Assembly: GCF_003918875.1 (NCBI RefSeq)
Contig: NW_025764968.1
Location: forward strand, 62,001 to 126,000
Direction: 5' to 3'
DNA: 64,000 nucleotides
Origin: Haliotis rubra
Taxonomy: Eukaryota
The notes beneath the pieces were generated by a model. The model was not told the origin of the DNA. It worked only from the letters and a program-made list of their open reading frames with translations, and did not search any database. Of this stretch, positions 50,419 through 62,908 are shown piece after piece. Position 1 is the first letter of the stretch; each line of letters starts with the position of its first letter. Position numbers and translations under genes: made by a program.

Positions 50419-51207
50419 TAATTGTAAAATCCATATGTAGAACATCCCCAGGTATATCAGTATGTTAAGTATATATATCAGTGAACATGACATGAATATA
50501 TTTACATAACATCTGATGATATCAAAACAGTTATATCATGACAAAAATAAGTGCTATAGATAAGTATGCAATTAAGCTCCATTTCCAACTGGAATTATGT
50601 AAATATGTAAATCGCCTAGTGCGGTTATGCGACAACAGAGTTGAGATCTTGATATATATCTACATATGACATTGATAGCTTGATACAGAAGTATCAATTA
50701 TTTGCTAGAACAATGTCAATAACTTGATATGACAATATTCAAAAGTCATATAACATGGAAAACTAATTCCATTAACACTATCATCTACAACACAGAAATA
50801 CATGTTAATTTTGCCAAAACTAGAGCAAAAAAACTATAGTTGGTTCAGTTAAAAAACACATGCAAACACCAATCCATTTTGTCTGTTGTTTTCTTGAGTC
50901 AACTTGTAAACAAATCTTCTGACAGTCAAATTGTCAGAGGTGCTTTGGATGTGAAGAAATACATGGTCATTGACAGATAGCTGGGTATTCAATTCTCCTG
51001 CTCCCTGGACACAGTCACCACAAAGCATCTGATAGCTTCCCTACCTTATGTGGCACATATCTTGGCATATCAGTGCATTAAAATCTCTGCCAAATTGACA
51101 TTAACAACATATCTGAAGATATCCAAAATGTTTTACCATGACACAAACAAGTGCACAACATACATAAACAACTTTCCAACTGCGGTTATGCTGCACATAG
51201 ATGTGAG

Positions 51208-52315
51208 TTAGGCAACAAAAACAACAGTGTTGATGATGGCCACCAATAGAAATACCACAAAGAGGATGTTACTCATCTTCTGAGCATCCAAGTTGTGGAG
51301 TCTACCTTTCATCTTGGACACCTCTGAAGAGTTATCCCCCCCTGTCTTGTCTGCCACAGTTGAAACTCTCTTGTGATCTCCCTGCAGTTGGTTGTTCCTG
51401 AGGGGTTGTTGTGACAGCCAGGAGTGCCAGGAAGCTTTGAAGGAGGATACAGATGAGATAGATCATGATCTTTGGAACTCTGGTGGATGTCCTTGGCATG
51501 ATGTCGTAGACAAAGTTGAGGAACACAGCATGTGACACAAAGATGGAAACCAGAAAGGATACTTTCTCTCCGGAATCTGCAGGAAGGATGAATACAAAAG
51601 CATTCATGATGGAGGTCAAGGCCATTGGAATAATGATGCTTAACACATAGAAGAGACTTTGTCTCTCAAGGGTAAAGGTCACTGATTGTAAAGAAATTCC
51701 CTTAAAGAATGCAACTCCACTTGTCATTTGTATCACTGTCCATTCAGAATCGTTTTTTAGAAATGGCATGTATTCAAAACTTGGCAATGGGATATCATTC
51801 AATTTGATATAATTCCGATACGAATCAAAGACAAGTTGACATTTCTGTTTATCAAAAGGAAACTGAAAGGCATCAGTCACACATATGGTCTTGAACTTGC
51901 CATAGATCTCAGCGAGGAGAGTACCATCATGCTTTAAATTCATTATCAATGGTCTAGTTGTAAGAAGAAGTGCTTCACTTTCAGCATTTATAAGATTAAT
52001 TTGTGGGAGCCATACTTGATGAGGCTGAATATCAATGCTACCATTATAAAGTGACTTGTTCCAAGACAGACTAGGATCAGTCCAATTCACTTTAATCAAT
52101 GCAGTGAATGTTAGAAGCTGTTCCACAGAATCAAGGTCCAATATAGCTCCAGGTGAAAAGTTAATAGTAACGTTAATCTTTGAATGTCCAGAGGGAAATG
52201 GCGGATCTTTAGCTCTTGTGTAGTTGATGGAATTCCGTATTTCAGTCCATGTCTCTCTCATCTGTAGGCATGCCACGATATTTGTGAGAAATATCCAGGA
52301 CAGATGGAAATACAT
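51208..52315 (-). pseudogene. Cys-loop receptor copy 6 (divergent B-type ECD), net -5 frameshift just after M3, loses M4
   Basis: ORF open from MYFHLSW to LAVTTT. CCTGATCCTGAGGG reads CCTGAGGGG at ~51397-51405. M4 and the ancestral TAA (51208-51210) survive in another frame. Could partly be an assembly indel. Confidence 0.8.
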
Positions 52316-53599
52316 TGTCACTGTCAACTGGCTTTGTTTCTGAACAAATGAGCAGTTAGTATGAATGTCAGACACTCAACTGGAGTGTCATTGGTAATTT
52401 GGTGAGAAATGTACAATAGTCACTGTCTTCAACTTCTCTGTGTTTGTGGCCGAACCCCAAGTTTTCTGTCAAAAATTCCTACAGTAGGTATTTCTCCAGT
52501 GAAACCATCCACACAGAACCATGAGATTGTGTTTGTGACTGCTGAAGATCATGGATTTTTAACTTTATATAGAGACTAGTATAGAATGTTTGAACAAATG
52601 TAATGTAAAATATATAGTCAAGTCATCATGGTTGTTAGCTCACCTGTACCACTAAACTTTGTGCCTCAGATCAATGACAAGAAGATTGCACCTTCTGTAA
52701 GAAAAGCCTGTCAGTCTTATGGAGGTTGAATTCCTCTTGTCTGTTTCATTCATTCTTCATCTGTTTAAATGTGTAGACAAAACTGAAATGCATTCATGAG
52801 TATCAATTCAGCTTTCATTTCTCCAACTAATGTGAGTTAAATGTACAGGGTTTTAACACAGCAGACACAGGAATTGGCCCTTGATGATCAATACTTGTGA
52901 ATCTGTTTGGCTGGTGTTATTTACTGGCAGTATGTGATTGTATTTGGCTGACACTTGTTAGAAATGTGAAATAACACACAAAACCGTCTCTCATGTTTGC
53001 TTGACCATTCATAGTCCTAAATCACAACTAAACTTAATGACTCATTATCGTTAAATGTGTTTCACATCATAAATAAGCAGAATGTAATGGAAGGCATACA
53101 GTCACATATTGATTATAGGTGTGGTTGGGAATAACAGGAAATGGACTCAGGTTTACATACTGATGTCATCTATAAAGAGAGGATTATGATCAAACAGCGT
53201 TAATATAAAATGGGATCATTATACTACAAATGGGATCATTATGGAAACAGGCTGAGTCTGTACTGTACACATAATGGTTAAGTGCTGATGTTGTGAAATT
53301 GTTTATACATATCATGCACATGCTTTTAAGGAAATTGTTTTATTGTTTCCATATTTGCCTTGTTAGTCAGATTATGTTTCAGTTGAGGACAGGGTTTGTC
53401 TTTGGGCATGTCTATGAGCTGTCCAGTATTTCTATGTGAAACCTTGTCTGCACATGAAGTCAAATGACTGGAAGTCATGTTTCTTTTTCCAAAGTCATAC
53501 CTTGTTGCTTACTTTGCAAATGTTTTACTGCCACAATAGACACTGGAGTGTATGTCAAATGTCTTTAAGGAATATCTTTCAAGTATTGTTCACTTGAGG

Positions 53600-54182
53600 A
53601 ACATGATTGACACCACAATACAAAGGCGTGTATTACAAGTGAGCTGTTTTGTGATTGGTTAATGTACTTAGACAGATGCGGTCACATGGACTTAAAGTGA
53701 TTGTGCTTCTCGACAACGCTGCAAGTCACAAGTGTGCTTCACTAACTTTGCGAAATGTGACCAAATACCAGGTCTCATATTCAACCGATGGATGCAGGAA
53801 TAATTCGGACATTCAAGGCATACTACAATAGATCGCTTGTTAGACATTACCTCACCTGTGCTGAGGAAGGACGTGATCAGACACGTCGGATCAACATGCG
53901 GATGTCACTCGGTAAAATTATTGATGTGATAAATTCAATGAGGAAGGTTAAATGAACACAAACAACTATGAAAAACATTTTGCTATGACTATAATTTATT
54001 GTTGTGCTTGCTATTCATCGTGTTTTATAAGCTTTACATTAAATGCTTATTTGTTTTATCCAGATTCGTGTCGTTTTTGTAATAGTAAGGGAAGCAACTC
54101 TTGCTTGAACTTAGGTCTTGATTCAGTAGTCCGGACGAATTTGCTGAGAAACGCAACCGTCCGGATTAACGAGGCTTCTCTG
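53600..54182 (+). mobile_element. pogo/Tigger (DDE_1) transposase fragment with right TIR
   Basis: NTKACITSELFCDWL, VLLDNAASH, PNTRSHIQPMDAGIIRTFKAYY; end GTCCGGATTAACGAGGCTTCTCTG|TA. Confidence 0.8.
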
Positions 54183-54354
54183 TATTGTCTTGAGGAAAAT
54201 GCTTTTCTCCTATTACAGAAAAAACATCTTTTAGATATGCTGGATTTCAGGATCTCTTAAAAGTCATCTTTTGTTTTCATAGATACACAACACAGTTCAC
54301 TTGGAACACAACACAACACAACTAGAACTTTGTACCTAGTTTCTTGAACATTTA

Positions 54355-54815
54355 TTCATCCTATCTCACCATCCCATCATCATTCTACCATCCTATCTCA
54401 CCATCCCATCATCATTCTACTATCCTATCTCACCATCCCATCATCATTCTACCATCCTATCTCAACATCCCATCATCATTCTACCATCCTATCTTACCAT
54501 CCCATCATTATTTTACCATCCAGTCTCACCATCCATCATCATTCTACTATCCTATCTCACCATCCCTTCATCATTCTACTATCCTATCTCACCATCCCAT
54601 CAGCATCTACTATCCAATCTCACCACCCCATCCTCTTTCTACCATCCAATCTCACTACCCTACCATTCCACAATTCTATTTCACCATCCCATCATCATTC
54701 TACCGTCATGTCTCACTACCCCATCATTCTGCCATCCTGTCTCACCATCAGTCATCAATCTATGATGCTGTATCACCATTCCATCATCAGTCTACCATCC
54801 CAACTGATCATTCCA
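54355..54815. repeat. CATC-rich satellite
   Basis: Same unit family. Confidence 0.9.
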
Positions 54816-56637
54816 TTGTCATTCTTGTATGTATGGGACAGCAAGCTATGCTCTCCTAAACACTGACATAACAGATGGTGTGGCCAGACTTCATGATTAC
54901 ATTGATAACGTGTCATGAAATTCCATTTCCTTATTCCTGCAGTATCCATCACTGGCTGTCTGGCCCTGACTTACTTAAAGGTAGTCCATATATGGCTGTA
55001 ATACTTCTTATTGCAGCATCAAACAAGATCCGTCAACAGCTCACTGTGCGTTGACATGCCCAGGTCATCACCAAACCAAAAAGCGATTTGTTTTATGTGA
55101 AAATGCTAAACAAGTATTTATGTTACTCTTTAGAACCAGTGACATTATTTTCAGGTGCAATGGAAATTGTTTTGCTGCAACCAAACCTGTAAACCAGGTA
55201 CTAAATAAAAACGATTTTCCACCCCTGACTTAATCAATGTCATACTGGTGGAGAACTTGAACACCTCAAGAGTGTAACTTAGTGATTCCCAAAATCTATG
55301 TGTGCAGAACTCTGTTGTGAAATTGATAAAAGACCAGACAGGATCTATCAATAATCAATACATTTAATTTACACACACACATTAATGTTTACAGTGACAA
55401 CAGAAAATAGATTGGGTAAAATAACTGACATCAGCAATAAGTAACAGGCACTGTGATTTATCTAAGTGCACTCACGACTGTCCAGAATGTTGTCACTGCC
55501 AAATGTCTTGTAACAGGCGTCTGTCTATTCTTGTCTCCAGTTAAGTGTAGTTACTACAAGTATATTCACAACATCTACTGCCTCACAACAATCCCCTTGT
55601 TCATGAAAAGAAAGTTTTTAACACAAGGGACAACACCTATGAGTGTTAAAGTTTCAGAAAAAAACAGGTAAGCTTACAATTGGCATTGCTTGGCTTGGGC
55701 ATCAAAATCAAAACACTTACAGCTCTCTAACTGTCAAATTATCAAAGAAGTTTGTGATGTCAGGAAAAGATGTCTTTCAAATCCAATGATATTTGAATTG
55801 CTAAAATGTGGTATGCAGTTTTCCTGCCAATAGTTGCAAACAGATCTAATTGTAAAATCCATATGTAGAACATCCCCAGGTATATCGGTATGTTAAGTGT
55901 ATATATCAGTGAACGTGACATGAATATATTTACATAGCATCTGATGATATCAAAACAGTTATATCATGACAAAAATAAGTGCTATAGATAAGTATGCAAA
56001 TTAAGCTCCATTTCCAACTGGAATTATGTAAATATGTAAATCGCCTAGTGCGGTTATGCGACAACATTGTTGAGATCTTGATATATATCTACATATGACA
56101 TTGATAGCTTGATACAGAAGTATCAATTATTTGCTAGAACAATGTCAATAACTTGATATGACAATATTCAAAAGTCATATAACATGGAAAACTAATTCCA
56201 TTTAACACTATCATCTACAACACAAAATACATGTTAATTTTGCCAAAACTAGAGCAAAAAAACTATAGTTGGTTCAGTTAAAAACCACATCCAAAGTCGA
56301 ATCCATTTTGTCTCCTGTTTTTTTTTTAGTCAACTTGTAAACAAATCTTCTGACAGTCAAATTGTCAGAGGCGCTTTGGATGTGAAGAAATACATGGTCA
56401 TTGACAGGTAGCTGGATATTCAATTCTCCTGCTCCCTGGACACAGTCACCACAAAGCATCTAATAGCTTCCCTACCTTATGTGGCACATCTCTTGACATA
56501 TCAGTGCATTAAAACTCTGACAAATTGACATTAACAAAATATCTGAAGATATCCAAAATGTTTTACCATGACACAAACAAGTGCACAACATACATAAACC
56601 ACTTTCCAACTGCAGTTATGCTGCACATAGATGTGAG

Positions 56638-57748
56638 TTAGGCAACAAAAACAACAGTGTTGATGATGGCCACCAATAGAAATACCACAAAGAGGATGTT
56701 ACTCATCTTCTGAGCATCCAAGTTGTGGAGTCTCTCTCATCTTGGACACGTCTAAAGCGTTATCCCCCTCTGTCTTGTCTGCCACAGATGAAGCTCTCTT
56801 GTGATCTCCCTGGAGTTGGTTGTTCCTGATCCTGAGGGTTGTTGTGACAGCCAGGAGTGCCAGGAAGCTTTGAAGCAGGATACAGATGAGATAGATCATG
56901 ATCTTTGGAACTCTGGTGGATGTCCTTGGCATGATGTCATAGACAAAGTTGAGGAACACAGCATGTGACACAAAGATGGAAATCAGAAAGGATACTTTCT
57001 CTCCTGAATCGGCAGGAAGGATGAAGACAAACGCATTCATGATGGAGGTCAAGGCCATTGGAATAATGATGCTTAACACATAGAAAAGACTTTGTCTCTC
57101 AAGGGTCAAGATCACTGATTGGAGAGCAATTCCACTAAATGATGCAACTCCACTTGTCATTTGTATTAATGTCCATTCAGACTCCTTCTTTATATATGAG
57201 CTGTATTCATTATCGCGTATGGGGTTAACATGCAGGTTGATATAGTCTCGATAGGTATGAAAGATTAACTCACATTTCTGTTCATCGAAAGGAAACAGAA
57301 AGGCATCAGTCACACATATGGTCTTGAACATGTCGTTTGTTTGTGCGAAAATAGTGCCATTATGATTTAGACTCGTAATGAAGGATCTAGATGAGAATAG
57401 AGACGTGTCACTCACAGCGTTGAATAAATTAACTTGCGGTAGCCATACTTGATTAGGCTCAATGTCAATGTTACCATTGTAAAGTGACTTGTTCCAGGAC
57501 AGACTAGGATCAGTCCAGAAAATGCTAATGTATGCAGTAAATGTTAGAAGTTGTTCCACATAATCAAGGTCCAATACAGCCCCAAGTACAAAGTAAGTAG
57601 AAACATTTACTTTCGAATGTCCAGGAGGAAATGGTGCCTTCTTGGCCCTTGTGTAATTAATGGAATCCAGGATTTCTGTCAACGTCTCCCTTAGCTGTTG
57701 GCAAGCCACGAGATTTGTGAGAAATATCCAATACAGGCGAAAAGACAT
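56638..57748 (-). pseudogene. Cys-loop receptor copy 7, -2 frameshift in the M3-M4 loop, loses M4
   Basis: ORF open from MSFRLYWIF to VSKM. 2-nt loss at ~56733. M4 and TAA (56638-56640) persist out of frame; length 1111 vs 1113. Confidence 0.8.
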
Positions 57749-58129
57749 TGTCACTGTCAGTTGTGTTTTGAAAGAAACTATCAGTTTCTATGAAGGCCAG
57801 ACTCTCAACTGTAGTGTCATTGGTAGGCATTCATCCAGTGAGAAACATGATCACTGAGATTGTTTTACAAACTGCTGTAAGAGATGAATTTGCTTAATAT
57901 AGAGAATGGTTTAGAATGTTTGGACAGACATAATGTGGAAGAATTGTCAACACAGTTGTTAGCTTACCTGTTCCCTGATGCGAGTGCCTCAGATGAGTGA
58001 CAAGGCAATCTATATTTGCACACATAGGTGCCCAGGAACTTTCATTAGCAAGGATAATTCATCTCCTGGAATTGACTGAAATGGCTTTAAAGAGAACATT
58101 GTTAAACAAAAGAATGGTATCTCCACACA

Positions 58130-58597
58130 AAGTAAGGTTTCATAGGTTACTTCACAGGAACATTGTGCAACAAAGAAAGGTTTCATAGGTTACTTCACAG
58201 GCACATTGTGGAACAAAGAAAGGTTTCATAGGTTACTTCACGTGAACATTGTGCAACAAAGAAAGGTTTCATAGGTTACTTCACGTGAACATTGTGCAAC
58301 AAAGAAAGATTTCATTGGTTACTTCTCAGGAACATGTTGAACAAAGAAAGGTTTGATAGGTAAGTTCACAGGAACATTGTTGAACAAAGAAAGGTTTGAT
58401 AGGTTACTTCACAGGAACATTGTTGAACAAAGAAAGGTTTCATAGGTTTCTTCACAAGAACAGTGTGTAACAAAGAATGGTTTCATAGGTTATTTGACAG
58501 GAACATTGTTTAACAAAGAAAGGTTTCATAAGTTACTTCTCAGGAACATTGTTGAACAAAGAAAGGTTTCATAGGTTATTTCACAGGAACATTGATC
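58130..58597. repeat. 43-bp minisatellite, ~11 copies
   Basis: Same unit as 33385-33895. Confidence 0.92.
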
Positions 58598-60084
58598 AAC
58601 AAATAGAATAGTCTACTGATTATCAAGTTTTTGAGCTGTGTTACCAGTTATATGAATGAGCAAAGAAAATGATCTTTTAACACATGTCAAAGGTTATGTT
58701 GAACTATATGTTTACATGCTAGATTTTCCAGAGACGTGTATGGTTGTCTATATAGACACATTCGCTGCCATATCCTCCAATCCAATTTAGGGGCCATACT
58801 TGTGCAGAATGTCTCATTTAAAGGAATGAATTTTGCATCTGTCTATTTGAATCAGACTCCAAACAAGGTTCTGATGACAAATTGGTTCAGTGTGTTTAGC
58901 ATTACAGATTGGGGATATATCACATATATTTGAGTTTAACATGCATGCTGTCATGACACATGACACGTCAAAAGTTTCGATGGTCACACAGGTAACTAGA
59001 ATGGTGTTTTTGGTGCTGTTGCTTCAGACATAGGCACATCGGGGGATATCGCTTTGTTATCCAGGCGAGCTATAAATTCCATTTGCTCTTGTTATTCAGA
59101 ACATGTGAGTGTATATTTGTATTGATAATGGCAGTATGTGATTGTATTTGGCTGGCACTTAGAAATATTAGAAATGTGAAATAACACACTAAATTATAAC
59201 AGGAAATGGACTCAGGTTTACATACTGATGTCAGAGGGGATTCTGATCAAACAGCCTTCATATAAGTAAACACTACAAATGGGATAATTATGGAAACGCA
59301 CTGAGTCTGTGCTGTACTCGTAATGATTAAATGCTGATTTTTCTTTCAGTTGGTCAAATATATTGTGCCAGTACCAAACTCATTAACCTGCCTCATTAAG
59401 GAATGTTTAAGTGTTTTCCATTTGTTTGTTTGTTTTTCAGTTAGATCATGTTTCAATTGAGGACTGTGATTGTGTTTGGAGCGTGACTATGATCTGTCCA
59501 ATATTTTCTATGTTTGTAAGCAAATGTTGTATTATATCTTTTACCATTCTGAAATGTTTGTTATTTTGTATGTTTAGGTCAAATCAGTGTAAGCTATATT
59601 TCCTCTGTTGAGCTCATAAACTTTTGATTATTCTATATCAGTAGTTTTCAAATTATGAACAAGGTCTTCAGAGAGACTGATTGAAAGTAGATTGCATTCA
59701 GCTGAAATCATTGCTGTATCATTGTTGTTTCTACTTGGGGACTTGTAGCTGATAATTTAGTTAGTTGTATTCCCTTAGTGATGTTCATGATCACAAGACA
59801 AAACTTTGAAGCAGGTGTAAAATGTTTAGTTGATCATCATTAGATTCATAGCAAATTGTGGAGTGAATGAAGTTATAGTTGAATGGTAATGTTATCATTA
59901 CTAATGTAGAACAGTGTTGCTGTTTGAAGGGGAAGGATATTTGTGGTGGTGTTTTTGTTTAGCCTTACAGCGTATGTGCTGACTTTATAAATCAAAGAAA
60001 TCAGTCTGAATTTGTTATATTAAATTTATGATATCTGTCTGTAATCATGGTGTGAAACATTTCATTTTAATTACTTATTTTACT

Positions 60085-60685
60085 TGGAGTGAACACAACG
60101 AGAGGTTTCCAAGGTTAATGTCTGTGACTTGTGTTGTAAGAGGCAGTCTCAGTGAACACAATGAGGTGTTTCCAAGGTTAATGTCTATGACTTGTGTTGT
60201 AAGAGGCAGTCTCAGTGAACACAATGAGGGATTTCCAAGGTTAATGTCTGTGACTTGTGTTGTAGGAGGTGGAGTGAACACAATGAGGTGTTTCCAAGGT
60301 TAATGTCTGTGACTTGTGTTGTAGGAGATGGAATGAACACAATGAGGTGTTTCCAAGGTTAATGTCTGTGACTTGTGTTGTAGGAGATGGAATGAACACA
60401 ATGAGGTGTTTCCAAGGTTAATGTCTGTGACTTGTGTTGTAGGAGGTGGAGTGAACACAATGTGAGGTTTCCAAGGTTAATGTCTGTGACTTGTGTTGTA
60501 GGAGATGGAATGAACACAATGAGGTGTTTCCAAGGTTAATGTCTGTGACTTGTGTTGTAAGAGGCAGTCGCAGTGAACACAATGAGGTGTTTCCAAGGTT
60601 AATGTCTGTGCCTTGTGTTGTAGGAGATGGAATGAACACAATGAGAGGTTTCCAAGGTTAATGTCTGTGACTTGTGTTGTAGGAG
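60085..60685. repeat. 59/62-bp minisatellite, ~10 copies
   Basis: TGAACACAATGAGGTGTTTCCAAGGTTAATGTCTGTGACTTGTGTTGTAGGAG..; period 59 (60241 to 60300). Confidence 0.95.
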
Positions 60686-60856
60686 CTGGGATACACCTTG
60701 TGGAGAAACTGAAGCGGAGTGAACAGAGGCGTCAGAAACGTTTACGGTACTCCCCGAGTGACTCCCAGCTTGAGATCAACCGACATCATTACTTCCGATA
60801 CCGGCGCCTTAGTGGAGATGCAACCAAAGACACGTCTAAGACTGTGGAATGGGAAG
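60683..60856 (+). CDS. Putative internal coding exon (174 nt, phase 1-1) of an unidentified plus-strand gene
   Basis: TGTGTTGTAG| acceptor, GAAG|GTAC donor, locally GC-richer, open frame AGIHLVEKLKRSEQRRQKRLRYSPSDSQLE..WE. Confidence 0.55.
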
Positions 60857-61299
60857 GTACTTAATCAAGCAGTACGACTGCTGATCAAGTATACCGCTCA
60901 ATGTTTGATAAGAACAATCAGATCCTATATCATTCTATTTAAAAAATCACATATTTCTGGAAACATTCTGCGTTTCATTGAAAATTTAAAAAATATCCTT
61001 ATGAAAAGTTGAGTTGTATAGATGAAAACACACAAGCATTTTAAGAGTATAAAAATATCTTCACCTGATGAAATCTTATTTGGTCACGTGAAAATTTAAT
61101 TCATTTGGTGGTTTCAAATGAACTAGAAAACACCCTACCAATTTCTATCCTATATGATACCAGATCTGTCAGCATGTTTGAAAAACATTCAACCTGTTTT
61201 ATGTGTTTCTGTCCTTGATGTCTCATCAAAGAAGAATATTTCAAAAACTCTCTTGCTCGCTTTGATTGCCGACAGTAGGGCTTGTTGTTTGATTATGGT

Positions 61300-61738
61300 G
61301 TTACAGTATGACCTGGCCTTGAGAATGGGCAAAAGGTTATTACCGTTAACCTTATCTTCAAGGTCACCACGACAGTTTGAACACTGTTCAAACTCTTGTT
61401 AATACGATATCTCATGGACTGTGGAACCCAATGTCTTCAAATTTGGTGACAGCCTACATTGGGGGATTACCCAGACACCAGTTGATTTGGGTGACCTTGA
61501 CCTTATCTTCAGGGTCACCACGACACATTGACCACTTTCCGAACTGATTTAAACGCGGTATCTCATAAAACATGGCACCCAATGTTTCAATTATTTGACA
61601 GCCTACATTGGGCGATTTTGCAGACACCAGTCATTTCAGGCATCTTGTATTTGACCAAAAAATTAAAAGTAGTAAATGTAGATATTCCATTCTTTAGCGG
61701 TGGGGGACATTGCCATATATCAGTGGCAAACACTTGTT
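61300..61738 (+). mobile_element. HINE/Helentron-type fragment
   Basis: GACCTTGACCTT..GGTCAC repeats, 3' GCGGTGGGGGACATT..CTTGTT. Confidence 0.55.
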
Positions 61739-61769
61739 ATTTTGACTTGTACCTCTTAACATGAGTTTT

Positions 61770-62250
61770 TGCTAAGTGATTTATAAAATTTTATTGATAT
61801 GAATTGTTGACAATATTGGCTAGGTGATTTATAATTACTGATATGAATTGTTGACAATATTGGCTAGGTGATTTATAATTACTGATATGAATTGTTGACA
61901 ATATTGGCTAGGTTGTTTATGATTACTGATATGAATTGTTGACAATATTGGCTAGGTTATTTATAATTACTGATATGAATTGTTGACAATATTGGCTAGG
62001 TTATTTATAATTACTGATATGAATTGTTGACAATATTGACTAGGTTATTTATAATTACTGATATGAATTGTTGACAATATTGGCTAGGTTATTTATAATT
62101 ACTGATATGAATTGTTGACAATATTGGCAAGGTTATTTATGATTACTGATATATGACAATATTGGCTAGGTTATTTATAATTACTGATATGAATTGTTGA
62201 CAATATTGGCTAGGTTATTTATGATTACTGATATGAATTGTTGACAATTT
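61770..62250. repeat. 44-bp AT-rich minisatellite, ~10-11 copies
   Basis: GGCTAGGTTATTTATAATTACTGATATGAATTGTTGACAATATT; period 44. Confidence 0.95.
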
Positions 62251-62330
62251 GGGCAAAATAGTTGATGAACAGATGTATGAAACCATATGCAACTCGCTGG
62301 CATACCTAATCACAGGCTTTGTGTTCACAG

Positions 62331-62600
62331 AGGGCATCCACGAAATAAAAACCAAACGACCTCGTAGTTTGCCCAAAAACATCTTCCGAATCGCAAATGG
62401 CAAGCGAGTTTCCAGTCCTGGGAAGACACATGGACAGTCGACCAGCCCAGATCAGACATCTCCCACGAAGTCATCACCTCCAAAGTCTCTGCCAACCACT
62501 AAAGCTCAAAGCCAGGTCACAGACCAGTACAAGTCTCTACCCCCTGGTCTTGGAAATGATGCCTTAGTGCCAACTAGTCCTGGAAATGGAAATTTATTAG
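62331..62600 (+). CDS. Putative internal coding exon (270 nt, phase 1-1), Ser/Pro/Thr-rich, same gene as the previous exon
   Basis: Branch-like CTAAT plus TTTGTGTTCACAG| acceptor, TAG|GTAGG donor; GIHEIKTKRPRSLPK..SPTKSSPPKSLP; frame compatible with 60683-60856. Confidence 0.55.
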
Positions 62601-62908
62601 GTAGGACTTCTATAATTATTCTGATGTAAAACCTATTTGTATGATAATATCCAAATATCATAAGTTTATAACTAAATTTGTCCACATGTCACTCAGAGAA
62701 TATTGTTACTCTCTCTGCAGCGTTCACACTCACGACCAAAACAGTTATTTAATGAACACTAGTTCATACCAGCATCCAGTTGACTGTAGTTGTATGAGTT
62801 CCTGATTCTTGTGTTACACTCAGTGAGAAAAGGCAGGCTTGTTTATCTTAGCTGCAATTTTCACTTGAACTGAAAGACATGTATATTGGATGGACATTTC
62901 TGATTTGA

